Assembly (NCBI GenBank): GCA_964019335.1
Contig: OZ025708.1
Location: forward strand, 248,001-312,000
Reading direction: 5' to 3'
DNA length: 64,000 bases
From: Diplonema japonicum
Lineage: Eukaryota > Protista > Euglenozoa: Diplonemea
Made by a program: the position numbers and the translations under genes
The notes under the pieces: generated by a model
Told to the model about the DNA's origin: nothing
Seen by the model: the letters and a program-made list of their open reading frames with translations, nothing else
Database searches by the model: none
Shown: positions 34,185-45,606 of the stretch, in pieces
Numbering within the stretch: the stretch's first letter is position 1
Layout: every line of letters starts with the position of its first letter

Positions 34185-36743
34185 ATGATGTCCTCACTCC
34201 ATGGTGCGCCGATACCAGGGCAAAGAATTGATGCGGGACCTGCGGGGCTGGCGTCGTTGCCTACGGGGGAGCAATTGGGAAGGAAGAATCAAGGCGGATT
34301 CCAAATGGAAGACCCAGGTCTTCTGAGCGGGTTGGAACTACTGGAAGAGGAATATCTCCTGGAAAGCCCGGAACCGGTTAAAACAAAGAAAAAGAGAAAC
34401 AAAAAAGAGAAAAAGCAAAAAAAAGTCAAGAAGGAGAAAAAATCAGGGACGGAATCAGCAACATTAACGAGCACAACCGCAAAAGAAGCAACAGCGACAG
34501 ATTCCTATGAGGAGGACTACCAAGACGATTTCATTGCACCGCCGGCCGAGAAGGACATTGCGTCAAGCGGGTACAGTGAAAACTTTGAAATTGAAAAAAG
34601 CGACAGTTTGATATCCGACCAGGACAAAGAAAAGGAACGTCTGTCCGCCCGCGAAAAAGAAGAAGAAGCACTCCTCGAAAAAAAACGTAAGGAGTGGGAA
34701 TCCAGATATAACAATACGACCCCGACACGAGCGGAGGGCAAGCCCCCTGTATCTCCAAGATATACATCACCCGCACAAGCTGTATCTGCAAAGCCTGAAT
34801 ACTACCATCCACCGTCCCCACAAACAACACCATTACGAGACCTTGAGAAACCCAAGCAACATCACCATCCTCGTGGCGAGGACAGTTCTATCCCCCTCCA
34901 GCTACCACAACAACAACCACAGCAGCATCACGATCAACATGACGAGAGATACAGATGGAACAAGGAACAAGCCAGACGACAGCGTAGACAGTTAGAAAGG
35001 AGGAAACAACACCTCCTTGCTGAAGAAGAGGTCGCTGCTTCTGCCGTTATGAAACGTCTGGCTAACGATATCAAAGGAGTCTTTCAAGAGCTCAACATGT
35101 CCATTGTTGCAGCCGAACGAGACCGCCACCAAAAGGAAGAACGCTACCGAAAGGAACGGGAGGCACGGGATATTGCGTACGAAGAAGAAAGACAGACGCG
35201 AGACGAACGGGACCGACGTGACAGAGAATCACGCGAGGAACGGTTTTGGGACAATCTACGAGAACAGGAAAAGATCCGCAACGCCGCCGACACGGAAAGA
35301 CGGCACCGGGAAAAAGTTGAACTGGAAGCCAGATGGCGAGAAGACCACGACAGCAAGCAACAGCGTCTTGAAAAAGAAACAGACCACAACGACAAGATCA
35401 ACGAACTGGAACGCGAACGGAGAACACGCGAAGACGAAGCCTTTAGGGAACGCGAACAAGCTGCGTACAAATCACAACTCGAGGCCTACCAACGCGCCTC
35501 CCGACAGCAAACCGAAGAGCTACAACTCCGCATGGCTTCTGAACTCGACCATCTAAAAGAAATTCGACACATAGAAATGCAAAACATGGAGAAACGGCAC
35601 AAGGACGCTGTAGAATCTCAGCGCCTTCAGTACGAACAGTCATTACAACTATTCGACGTGCATCGTGTGAACTCAGAAAAGCTGACACAATTAGTCGATG
35701 AAGTTAGAGATAGCGTCAAAGCAGTGGGGGATTTGAATGAGCGGGCGAACGAGTACCAAAGCGATATGTTAAAGGAGAAGGAACTACATCTGTCAAAGCA
35801 GCTCAAGGCGCAAGGCGAACTTCTGTCGCAGATCGAACAGCAAAAAGAGATCCTTGAAAAGGAACGGCAACGTTTGGCGCTGTCCTACGGAAAGTTCGAC
35901 ACTTGCGTCACATCATTCTCCGCACGCCACAGCGAGGAAATTCAGAACCTACAAGCCGCACAGGCTCGCGCGAACAGCCTTCGTGACATCGTTGAAGAGC
36001 AACGCATGAAACACGCTAAAGAAATACATGCTGAGATGTTGATGTTGGAGCAAAAACGAAGCGAACTGGACGAGGAACGCTTTCAATGGCTCAAAGAGGT
36101 ACAGGAGCAACGGTTGGAAACCAGCAAGGAGCGCATGGACCTCAGCAGGAACCTCGAGAGAATTCGAAAAGAGGAACGCGAAGCAAACACCACCATGCAA
36201 GAAGCACAACAAAAACTCTCCATGGTAACTGTCTATCACGGCGAAGCCGCTGATAAAAAACGCTTCATTGAGGAGGAGTACCGCAGGCTGGAAACATTCA
36301 AAGAAGAGACCATACGCAAACTTGAAGAAGAACAAAGATTGCTCGAAGGGAAGAAACATGAAGTTGAAACATTGATGCAAAAGGTGGAACAGGGATCACA
36401 GCAAGCATTGGACCTGCGGAAAGCAGCATCTGAGGACAGGACATGGACAGAGCGCGCCAAACAGGAATGTTTGCATCTCAAAACATCCGCAGACGAGGAG
36501 CGCAGAAACCTTGATTTAATACGGAAGAAAGTTGTGTTTGAGAAGCAGCAGCTTGCCGATGTGAAGCTGCTCAAAGAGACCGATAAGGAAAACAAGCCTG
36601 ACCCCCGTCCGAGACGCAAAATTGCGCCCTCTGTGGTCCATAGGGACCCGTCCGCCTTCACCTCCGTTTCGAACTTCGAGATTGCCGAGCAGCAACAGAT
36701 GTTCTTGCGGTCTATTCAAGAGCCCGCTGACACCATGTTTTAG
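34185..36743 (+). CDS. Long coiled-coil protein (E/R/K/Q-rich), possibly basal-body or cytoskeletal
   Basis: 852-aa ORF with a disordered N-terminus followed by extended charged helical repeats. Confidence 0.8.
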   Translation: MMSSLHGAPIPGQRIDAGPAGLASLPTGEQLGRKNQGGFQMEDPGLLSGLELLEEEYLLESPEPVKTKKKRNKKEKKQKKVKKEKKSGTESATLTSTTAKEATATDSYEEDYQDDFIAPPAEKDIASSGYSENFEIEKSDSLISDQDKEKERLSAREKEEEALLEKKRKEWESRYNNTTPTRAEGKPPVSPRYTSPAQAVSAKPEYYHPPSPQTTPLRDLEKPKQHHHPRGEDSSIPLQLPQQQPQQHHDQHDERYRWNKEQARRQRRQLERRKQHLLAEEEVAASAVMKRLANDIKGVFQELNMSIVAAERDRHQKEERYRKEREARDIAYEEERQTRDERDRRDRESREERFWDNLREQEKIRNAADTERRHREKVELEARWREDHDSKQQRLEKETDHNDKINELERERRTREDEAFREREQAAYKSQLEAYQRASRQQTEELQLRMASELDHLKEIRHIEMQNMEKRHKDAVESQRLQYEQSLQLFDVHRVNSEKLTQLVDEVRDSVKAVGDLNERANEYQSDMLKEKELHLSKQLKAQGELLSQIEQQKEILEKERQRLALSYGKFDTCVTSFSARHSEEIQNLQAAQARANSLRDIVEEQRMKHAKEIHAEMLMLEQKRSELDEERFQWLKEVQEQRLETSKERMDLSRNLERIRKEEREANTTMQEAQQKLSMVTVYHGEAADKKRFIEEEYRRLETFKEETIRKLEEEQRLLEGKKHEVETLMQKVEQGSQQALDLRKAASEDRTWTERAKQECLHLKTSADEERRNLDLIRKKVVFEKQQLADVKLLKETDKENKPDPRPRRKIAPSVVHRDPSAFTSVSNFEIAEQQQMFLRSIQEPADTMF

Positions 36744-37028
36744 ACGTACTTGCCTTTTTATTTTATTTTGTTTAGAATTTGTGTTTATTATCCCCCCCCC
36801 CCCTATCCTATTATTATTATTATTATTATTATTATTTCTTTTTTTTTGTAACAACTTATTATTTTTTTTATATTTTATTTCTCCCCCCCCCCCATCCGTC
36901 GAATGTCTTGCGTAGTTTTTTTTTTTTTTTTTGGTTTTTATGACCACCGCAGTAGGAACCCGCCAGAGCCCCCAGAACGGGGACAACGGGGACTAAGGTG
37001 AGCGCAAAAATGCATACCTTAAAAGAAT

Positions 37029-37068
<40 letters not shown>

Positions 37069-37078
37069 CCCGCAAGAA

Positions 37079-37378
37079 CGAGTCTTTGACTTGTCCAAAC
37101 AAAAGGAACGTTGGCAACGTGTTTCGGGTTGGAGGTTTTACCCGGCACGTATAAACAAAAAGGTGACGGCGCTAGACTGAGATGATCTAGTCCAATACGC
37201 GGACCTGGAGTACCCCTCGGGAAAGTACCTCGCGGACTGTGTCTTCGAGGAGTGCGACACCTCGCACGGTGACACAGCGGTGCACTGTGCGAGGTGCGGT
37301 GCTAAGAGTTGAAGAATCCACCCAGTGTGCCCAGTCGGACCCGGAGGCGGAGTCCCCTCCATCACCGGACCTCAGTGA
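37079..37378 (+). pseudogene. Coding-like relic with a PHD-like Cys/His pattern, interrupted by in-frame TGA codons
   Basis: ...ALD*DDLVQYADLEYPSGKYLADCVFEECDTSHGDTAVHCARCGAKS*RIHPVC...; TGA at 37178, 37310 and 37376. Confidence 0.3.
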
Positions 37379-37481
37379 GGTTCAGACGAATGCGGAGAGT
37401 CTCCGCTTGGTCTTCTGCAGTCCCTCTTCTTTTTCCGCCTGGTAGCGATCGCTACAACATATTCTTGGGAAAAAAAAAAAT

Positions 37482-37514
<33 letters not shown>

Positions 37515-37592
37515 CCATTCCAACCCCCCCCACCCCCGCTTTTCTAAACTCCATTTAAGGCTGCTGCACCAAAAAAAAAAATAAAAAAAAAG

Positions 37593-39953
37593 ATGAAGCG
37601 AAAAGTAGAGAGGAGCCGGCACCCCTGTGTGTACCAGTTTGGAGATTGCATGTTTAATGAGGATTGTACATGGTTGGACACTGATGCCGCAGTGTGTGCT
37701 GTGTGGTTGGGGAAGAAAGGTTGCAGGAGAGGTGACGCGTGCGTGTTCGTGCACAGCAGAAATGAACGGGAAGTAGACGCGTTCTGGGAGAGGAGGCAGG
37801 TACCGGAACGGGCGAAGAGGAGGAAGGTCGGAGGCACTCCAACGCGCGAAAAAAAAAATTATTTCCCGGGATGGGAGGAGGGATCGCGGGTGGCACTAGA
37901 TGATGGCCCAGACAAGATTCTGAAAATGATTTTCGGCACTCACAACACCCTCCACACCACGGAGTGGCACCGCCATGCAGCAAAACTACTGACGGCAACG
38001 TGTTCCCGATTCAAAACCAACACAATTCACACAATCGCGGAAAAATACTCGAAACTTTCTGTTCGAAGCGATAAGAGCTTCCGCAGCACCCCGTTGTGGG
38101 AGCTCAAAAAAAAAATGGTTGTAAAACGCCGAACCGCCGCCCAGTTCGGGGCTGAGTTTTTGGAGAAAACCGTCCCGAAAGAAATGCTCCCCGCCGCGTT
38201 ACAAACCCCTCTCAGGAGGGAAATCCACAATTTTCTGAACGGGACGTCGTCAGAGACAATCGATCTAGAGGTCACGCTCCGCGAGGTCGGGGAGGTAACA
38301 TGGCTTCCTAGTTACGATATCACGGCCACGAGAACGAACAACAACGAGAAACTGTGGTTTTTCTTGGAGGTCTGGGTGCAGTTCCTCGTCCGTTGTGTGG
38401 CGATGCCGGCGATAAACAAATACTTCCCCGCGGTGGCCCACTGCGTGAAAAAAGGATGGACCACAAGATATCCCATGTGGTTCATGCAGGTAGTGCACTC
38501 AACAGTCTTAAACAGAAGCTTTTCAAAGATCTCAAAGGCCGCTTCAGATGTCCTCCGGTACCTTTTAAAGTGCATCGAGACATCTCAAATCCACCCACCA
38601 TACCTCCACGCTGTCCTTGAACTCGCGATAGTTTCTGATCAGGACCCGAAACCGTTCATGAAGATCCAGAAGAGGATGGACCCGTCCATGCTCGCGTCGC
38701 TCTCCCCAACAGTTTTGATGCGAACCGTTAGGACCGCACTACAATATTTGCTTGGAAAATCAACCGGGCAGGCAAACGGTGTGGCTTTGGCGAAAACGGG
38801 CTCCGTTACCGTCCACGAAGGGTACGTGGAATTCTCAAAATCCTCGGGAAAAAAAACCTCGATTCTTGAAATATCCGAGGTACAAGCTTCGCCAGGCGTG
38901 CCGGGTTTTCTGTTGGTGAAACCGGAATTGGGAGAGAGAAGTGTCACAACCGACGGCACGCTAAACGATGAAATAATGCAGACGATACGAAAGGAGCTTG
39001 ACTATGGGGTTGCGAAGGTGAACGGGAGAACGGTGGTGGTGACCCCGAGCGTGAACGAAATGACAAAATCTGTGATCGATGAAAAATGGACCGAAAAGAT
39101 TTTGAACACGGACGTGCTGGGCAAGATACTAGAGGTTAAGAAAAAATACGAAAACCCATCTTGGTTCGGGGTGAGCATCTGGGAAGCACTACCTATGCTC
39201 ACTTCTGAGTTCGTCTCCACCATTACCGATCACGACCTCGACGTGAATAATATCGTGGAGACGGAAAACGTGTGCTTCAACGAAAGGATTGCAGGGAATT
39301 GGTCTGCTTCCGTGCCTCTTTGTGTCAGGGGCATCGTGGCCCATTTAAACATCGATTTTTTAAACACTTCGTACGACCCACCCAGCGGGATGCTTCTAGT
39401 GTTTTCTGATGGCAACGAAACAAACATGTTGCTTAAAAGGAAAGTCTCCGAGAAGACCTTTTTCAATGGTGTTTTAACACCGCAAACAAAGATTCCTGTT
39501 TCAGGGTGTCTTCTTGACGATAAGCTCACAAGAGTCGTAGCCGTTCAAGGGAAATTATACAAACCTGAAATCCCGAAATTGCTTTTTTCCCCGGCTTTGA
39601 ACACCATCGAATCATCACACCGCAATCTTCACACTCTTTGCGTGTCATTCTGGACAGATTCCTTCCGTGGGAAGGAAACCGCACCCAATCAGCAGCAGCT
39701 TAAGTGTGCCCTCGCCCAGTTTACAAATATGCTTACGTCATCTGTTCCGCGTGACGGGTTTTGTCCTACTTGTCTCGATGTGGTGGGGACGCTTGGGGGA
39801 ATAGCTGCGTCCAGAAAGGGTGTCAACAGGAGGATCAAGCTATCTATCGAAGAGCTTTTTTTGGATATTTACGACGCCAAGATGGTTTGTGGTGCGTGGG
39901 ATGTTCCACCGTGTGCTGGCTGCACGGAAGTGAGAGGGCTGACACTTATATGA
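37593..39953 (+). CDS. CCCH zinc-finger protein (786 aa)
   Basis: N-terminal PCVYQFGDCMFNEDC (degenerate finger) and VCAVWLGKKGCRRGDACVFVH. Confidence 0.8.
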   Translation: MKRKVERSRHPCVYQFGDCMFNEDCTWLDTDAAVCAVWLGKKGCRRGDACVFVHSRNEREVDAFWERRQVPERAKRRKVGGTPTREKKNYFPGWEEGSRVALDDGPDKILKMIFGTHNTLHTTEWHRHAAKLLTATCSRFKTNTIHTIAEKYSKLSVRSDKSFRSTPLWELKKKMVVKRRTAAQFGAEFLEKTVPKEMLPAALQTPLRREIHNFLNGTSSETIDLEVTLREVGEVTWLPSYDITATRTNNNEKLWFFLEVWVQFLVRCVAMPAINKYFPAVAHCVKKGWTTRYPMWFMQVVHSTVLNRSFSKISKAASDVLRYLLKCIETSQIHPPYLHAVLELAIVSDQDPKPFMKIQKRMDPSMLASLSPTVLMRTVRTALQYLLGKSTGQANGVALAKTGSVTVHEGYVEFSKSSGKKTSILEISEVQASPGVPGFLLVKPELGERSVTTDGTLNDEIMQTIRKELDYGVAKVNGRTVVVTPSVNEMTKSVIDEKWTEKILNTDVLGKILEVKKKYENPSWFGVSIWEALPMLTSEFVSTITDHDLDVNNIVETENVCFNERIAGNWSASVPLCVRGIVAHLNIDFLNTSYDPPSGMLLVFSDGNETNMLLKRKVSEKTFFNGVLTPQTKIPVSGCLLDDKLTRVVAVQGKLYKPEIPKLLFSPALNTIESSHRNLHTLCVSFWTDSFRGKETAPNQQQLKCALAQFTNMLTSSVPRDGFCPTCLDVVGTLGGIAASRKGVNRRIKLSIEELFLDIYDAKMVCGAWDVPPCAGCTEVRGLTLI

Positions 39954-40217
39954 AAAAAAAAAAAAAATGACAGAATGGAGGGGAGAAAAAAAAAAAAGAG
40001 AGAGAAAAAAAAAATTTTTTTTTTTTAGCCCAGAACTTTTTTTTTTTTTTTTTTTCGCCCTTCTTTTTTCTGTCTTCCCCCCTCGCTTTTTTTTTTTTTT
40101 TTTTTTTTTTTATTTTCCTGAAAAAAAAAATGGAGGGGGTGGGAACAATACACGCACATATACAGAGTCACTGACACATCCATTTTTCTACACCGAGGAA
40201 AAAAAAAAAAAAAAAAA

Positions 40218-40498
40218 ATGGTTCACACTAACACTGGAATGGGTTCATCTACTATCCACCACGGCCTTGGGGGCAGCAAGAGTGCCCACCACAAGGCTGC
40301 AGCGAAGCACATTGATGTCCAGGGGCCCTTGGTATGCAACAGGTGAAATAAGGGGTTGAAATAAAGTACATTTTTTTTTCTTTTCTTTTCTTAAAACAGA
40401 TTGGCTCTACTCCGGGATTTGATGGAATGGAAACAAAGAGCTACCTGAACTACACCACAGGCATGCTGTACCACCACACCGGGTTGAACAAGCCGTGA
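40218..40498 (+). CDS. Small two-exon hypothetical protein (70 aa), absent from the ORF track
   Basis: ATG after an A-tract. Exon 40218-40331, GTATG..ACAG intron 40332-40399, exon 40400-40498. Product: MVHTNTGMGSSTIHHGLGGSKSAHHKAAAKHIDVQGPLIGSTPGFDGMETKSYLNYTTGMLYHHTGLNKP. Confidence 0.65.
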
Positions 40499-40545
<47 letters not shown>

Positions 40546-40704
40546 CTCTTTTTTTTCTTCTCTTTTTTTTTCTTCTCGTACACAAACTAAAATTTTTTCC
40601 CCCCTACAGTTTCCTTTTTTTTTTCTTTCTTTTCTGAGGGTGATTTTATGCCAGAAAAAAAAAAAAAAAAAAAAAATAGGAGAAAAAAAAACCATCAAAG
40701 TAAG

Positions 40705-41119
40705 ATGAGTGCTCCATTCACGGAGTCGGTGCTGAATAGGAGCCCTCCAACATACGACTGGAAAACAGGGAAGGAAGAGGAAAAGTATGAAGGTGAGATC
40801 TACCAACCACCCCCGTTCTTCAAAAATCTCTTCGGGTATGTGGGGTACCACTTGTCCATGCGGGCGGATTATGATGAAAACCAGCGGAAGGTGGCTACAC
40901 CGGAGCGAGACAGTGGTTGGGCTGCATTGAGCTGGAAGGAGTGGGTGCGAAATGTTGTGTTTTTCCAACCCGGTCTGCCCAGGAGAGAAAGGCCTTTCCC
41001 GTTTATTGACGCATATGAAAGAGCTGGTTTTTGCCCGGAGAACTACGTTCACAAGGAATGGAGGCTTCCAAGGAGAACGGATTTAAACAAGTATATCCCA
41101 CCTCCGAAGGTATGGACAA

Positions 41120-41162
<43 letters not shown>

Positions 41163-41483
41163 GGAGTGTATGAAGACATGTGGCACTTGAGGGAACATCA
41201 CGCGTGGGTATTAAAGGAATGGTTGGTTTACCGGGCGGAGACCGGGATTGTTCAGGAGCAGCTTCAGGCTTGCTCCGAAAAGCATCCTACAAGCTTTAAG
41301 TATGGGGAAAATAAATATATATATATATATTTTTTAATTTAAATTCCCCACAGTAAAACGTGCAAGGGGATCTCAGACCTTGTGTACAATATGATTGCAA
41401 AGACCAACGTCGATAAGGTAAGATCGATCCTTTGGTCCGGACAGCCGGGTATTAAGGATGGGGGTTTCCACGTGAGATATTGA
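40705..41483 (+). CDS. Putative complex I accessory subunit, NDUFB10 (PDSW)-like, 3 exons, 224 aa
   Basis: Exons 40705-41109, 41160-41299 and 41354-41483. C-terminal EWLVYRAETGIVQEQLQACSEKHPTSFNKTCKGISD resembles the NDUFB10 Cx11C helix pair. The gene model is firmer than the product call. Confidence 0.6.
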
Positions 41484-41793
41484 GGCGGGGGGGGAGGGTT
41501 TTTTTTTTTCTTCTTCTTTTTTTTTTTCTCGTCCCCATTTTTTTCCCTACAACCACGATAAGAATGAGTGTTTTTTTTTTCTTTTTTTTTTCTTATTCAA
41601 AGTGTTTTTTCTTCCCCCCCCTCCCTTGATCCCCTTTCTCCACCCCCCCCCCCCCCATTCATGTACTATTTTTCGTTTTTTTTTTTGGAAAAAAAAAATT
41701 TTTTTTTTATATATCTCGGGACCACAGGAAGAAGGGCCTTTCAAGGCCGGGGGAGAGAGAGGGGGGGGAGAAAAAAAAGAAAAAGGAAAAAAA

Positions 41794-42274
41794 ATGGTGA
41801 AGAGAAAAGCGGAGAAAAATGACGAAAAAAAAGTGAAGAAGAAAAAAAAAGAAGAGGGGGAAACAGGGGGCTTGCTGGACTGGGAGACCAAACCGAAAAG
41901 TCGAGGCAACAAGGGGAAAATGAAGCCAAAATCCATCTACGCCCCCTATAACCCTAAGGCCCCGAAAAAAACAAAAAAGAGCTTGAGATGGGTAGATATG
42001 GAAAAAGATGGGGGAAAGCTCTGTTCAGCATGTACGTACTATGCGCCTTGGGGGAAGAACAAAGAGAACTGGTGGCAAAGGGCCAAGCCCCTCGGCGTGA
42101 CGTTTAGCTGGTCCGCACATCTTGCCCCAGGCAAGAAGAAAACTCTCAGGCTCGATGTTGCTCTGCAACAAAGCCTTCATTTGACCTGCGCCACCACCTT
42201 TACGCTCCTGGGTGAGGAAAAAGCGGTCAAAGGAGAAGTTGCACGTGTTTTGTTAGCCCCTGTTCAGGTGTGGA

Positions 42275-42335
<61 letters not shown>

Positions 42336-42522
42336 ACCCAAAAAGGTCTCCTGTGAAGGTGAAGAGCCTAACACCCCCCATCTCATCGCCGTTCTCCCGC
42401 CCAACTCTTCCAGCCCCCTCAAATTGATCGTCTCTCCCGGAGAGTACCAACTTACAAATGACGGCAAGGCCCCCATCGTGGTCACCGGTTTAGTAGAAAG
42501 CTTATATATCAGAATGAAATAG
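41794..42522 (+). CDS. Lys-rich protein with C-terminal nucleoplasmin-like (NPL) domain, 2 exons, 216 aa
   Basis: Exons 41794-42267 and 42346-42522. WSAHLAPGK..LHLTCAT..HLIAVL..LKLIVSPG..PIVVTG matches the NPL beta-strand pattern. Confidence 0.65.
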
Positions 42523-42680
42523 ACTATTTTTCCCCCTCCCCCCCCTTTTTTTTCGAGTGTATCGTTTTTTTTTCCCCCCCCAACTTCTCATTTCCCCCGT
42601 TCAATTTCTTTTCCATTTTTTTCTTCCCCCCCCCCCCACGGTTTATCTGAAAGGGAAAAAAAAAAGAAAAAAATGGGAAA

Positions 42681-44135
42681 ATGCCGGCCAAACAGAACTT
42701 AGCTGCGTATATCAAAAGCCTGAAGCCGGAGAGAACGTTCCGCAAGGCCGTGGCGCCGCAAAATGGGAACGTGTGGAATAATTACTCGAGCACGAAGCAC
42801 CATGACGACATAGAAGAAGGGGCACTACCGGACTTTTCAAAGGTGAAGTGGGAGTCTGAGGTTACACAAATCTATGACGACAAAGAAATCGCACAACGAC
42901 CAGTACAAACAAGGCCCCCGGTGAAGTTTGGGTTTGAGATAGACTGCATAAGTGACGAACCGATGACGAGGGCAGACATCGCATCTTCATTGAACTCCCA
43001 TAGTTTGAACCAAAATCCGTTCAACGCACACGGGCCCCACGCTCTGACAAAATTCCAGTTCCACCCAGTTGGATACAACGACCGGTCGGTAAACGGATGG
43101 TGGAAGATAAAGCCGGATTACCTCTTCATGACCTCCAAATCCGGGCAGAAAACCAAAACGTTCCAACTTGTCTCACCGCCCATGACGTTGTCGCACTATA
43201 ACCGTTCCCTTCACACCATCTCTTTGATCACATCGATGATGAAAAACTTATCATTTAGGACAGATCCTTGTGCGGGGATGCATGTTCACATAGATGTTGC
43301 GGATCTTTCCATTAAAGAGCTTCGGTGCGTGGCGTGGAATTTTCTCCGGTTTCAAAAAGGGATGGACTTGTTAATCCCGAAAGACAGGATTTTGCAGCCG
43401 TTTGAAGGTGTTCTTTCGGACAATGAACCGAACCCGGAGATTTTAAACGCGAAAAATGTACAGGAGCTGGTTGAACTGACGAACCCAGGTAAATTAGGCC
43501 GTTTCAATAAGTTAAACCTGACCAATTTGACACGGAAAGTGCCGTTTAGACAGGAAACAATCGAGATTCGATCGCACCACGCGGTGTTGGACCCTCAAGC
43601 GATCGCATCGTGGGTGGAGCTGTGCGATACCATTGTGGACGATGGGGTGCGTTATGCTACGATGAACGCCTCAAGCGATGAGTTTCTCGCCTTCAGCAAG
43701 GCTCCCAGCAATTTTCAATTAAAAAATTTGAAAAAAATTCTTCCAAAACACCTTCACCAGTACTACACTAACAGACGGGCCGCCGTTCGTTACCTTCACA
43801 ATACGTATGATGCCAACAGGGTGAAGGTGCTTGAAGGGCGCTTTTCAGGTGGAACCGACGTTGTACCGGCCGAGATAAAATCTGTTCTTCAGGACACCTT
43901 GGTCCTCCCCTCCCCTTCCGGGCTTCTTACCTACCGCCACGGCCCGCTGAAGAACATCAGTCCTCGTTCGGCCGCGATGCGTGAATTGTTCCCCATTCAA
44001 GAAACCGGGAGCATTGTGAGGACAACTGAGACAGACCTCAATGTGTCGGGCCCTGGTGAAAAAGGAGAAGCGTTTGTTGCAGATGACCCAATGGACCCAA
44101 TGCCTGTGGGTGCCCCAGGGGGTGGATATCACTAG
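42681..44135 (+). CDS. Amidoligase_2-family (COOH-NH2 ligase-like) protein
   Basis: KFGFEID, QLVSPP, CAGMHVHID, RFNKLN and TIEIRSH occur in family order. Confidence 0.8.
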   Translation: MPAKQNLAAYIKSLKPERTFRKAVAPQNGNVWNNYSSTKHHDDIEEGALPDFSKVKWESEVTQIYDDKEIAQRPVQTRPPVKFGFEIDCISDEPMTRADIASSLNSHSLNQNPFNAHGPHALTKFQFHPVGYNDRSVNGWWKIKPDYLFMTSKSGQKTKTFQLVSPPMTLSHYNRSLHTISLITSMMKNLSFRTDPCAGMHVHIDVADLSIKELRCVAWNFLRFQKGMDLLIPKDRILQPFEGVLSDNEPNPEILNAKNVQELVELTNPGKLGRFNKLNLTNLTRKVPFRQETIEIRSHHAVLDPQAIASWVELCDTIVDDGVRYATMNASSDEFLAFSKAPSNFQLKNLKKILPKHLHQYYTNRRAAVRYLHNTYDANRVKVLEGRFSGGTDVVPAEIKSVLQDTLVLPSPSGLLTYRHGPLKNISPRSAAMRELFPIQETGSIVRTTETDLNVSGPGEKGEAFVADDPMDPMPVGAPGGGYH

Positions 44136-44228
44136 GAAAAAAAAAAAAAAAAAAACACCTTTGTCCTTTCTTTAAATTCCCCAGCCCATTTTATAAACAG
44201 GGGAAACACAAAAAAAAAAAAAAAAAAA

Positions 44229-44588
44229 ATGAAAACCGAAGCGTCAACTTCATCGTCGTCGTCATCTTCTTCTTCTTCTCTGTACAGTACTGACGGGTCT
44301 TCTTCTTCATCTGATTCTAGCGACTCCTCTTGTTCCACGGCGGTCTCTTCTATTGGTAAAAAGAAAAGGGTTGTTGGGAAAAGGGCGCCTTCTCGCAAAG
44401 CGGCTGTGAAGGCAGCGGTTAAAAAGGCAGCGAGGAAACCAGGGGGGAAGAAGGTTGTACAAACGCCGGTGTTGGTCACGGGCCGAACCCACCAGGTTCG
44501 TGTTGCAAAGAAAGCGAGAAGGAAGGAAACGTTGAAGGCGATGATCGCAAAGCTTGAGGCTGCTATGGGCAGGAAATATATAAAATAA
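44229..44588 (+). CDS. Small protein with poly-Ser N-half and basic K/A/R-rich C-half
   Basis: ATG after an A-tract, in the same orientation and spacing as neighbouring genes; low complexity. Confidence 0.6.
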   Translation: MKTEASTSSSSSSSSSSLYSTDGSSSSSDSSDSSCSTAVSSIGKKKRVVGKRAPSRKAAVKAAVKKAARKPGGKKVVQTPVLVTGRTHQVRVAKKARRKETLKAMIAKLEAAMGRKYIK

Positions 44589-44713
44589 AAAAAAGGGGGT
44601 TATTTCTATGCCACCATCTTGCATTTTTTTTTCTTTTTTGTTTTTTTTTTGTTTAAAAATGAAATTGCAACAACAGGAAGAGGGAAGAGAAAAAAAAAAA
44701 AAAAAAAAAAAAT

Positions 44714-44824
44714 ATGGCACTTCGTGCGACACAGCCCTGCCAGAGCGCCCAGAAGCTGCTTGTGAAGCAGAGGATGAGGGAAAGAGAGGGAAAGGAGTTC
44801 ATCCCGGGTATGATGACGGGGAAG

Positions 44825-44860
<36 letters not shown>

Positions 44861-45563
44861 AGGGAGAGTGATCTGGGACGAAGTTACCATGTCTGGGCCT
44901 GCCAACTTCAAGATTGAGCCCCCTGCACCGATGAAGGGGCCCCTGGGTTGGAAGGTACCGCTTTTTTTTTTTTTTTTTTTTTCCTTTTTTTTTTAATCCC
45001 CCCCATCAGACGTGGTTCCACGAGAAGGGTCTTCAGGAGCATTGCAAGGAATTTGAGCAGGGTCTGTTTGCGTGGAAGGTTCACGCTCTTATGCAGGTTT
45101 CTTTCTTTTTTTTTTTTTTTTTTTTTTTTTACAAAAAAAAAAAAAAAAAAAAAAATAGGAGGAGTTTCAGAAGATTGAGGAGCACCCTCCCGCAGAGGCG
45201 TCGCACCACGGGATCGGTGGTAAGGTGCTGATCCCTCACCAGTTGATCGACACTGAGAGGAAGTCCCAAACCTGCTCATCCATTCCTAAGGACGCTTATG
45301 AGCTTCAAAAATTTATCGACGAGAAGAAGTCCTACCACGAGTCCGAACTTTTCTCCATCACCTCGAACTACGAATGGCAGAAGTCCCAGGAGTTCCAATA
45401 CAGAAACACCATGTCTGGATCCCTTTGTGAGGATGCCCGTATGCTTGACGACGTACTTGATGAAGAGGAGGCAGGTAAGCTCTTCGGTGGTCAGGTGGCT
45501 CAGTCCTTTGTTCTCGCCTGGCTGACCCTTCTTTTCGTTACTCTTGTGTGGAGGATCAAGTAG
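44714..45563 (+). CDS. Hypothetical protein with mitochondrial-presequence-like N-terminus and C-terminal TM helix, 4 exons, 225 aa
   Basis: Exons 44714-44807, 44863-44954, 45010-45096 and 45159-45563 join into one open frame. Starts MALRATQ and ends FVLAWLTLLFVTLVWRIK. Confidence 0.75.
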
Positions 45564-45566
45564 ATG

Positions 45567-45606
<40 letters not shown>

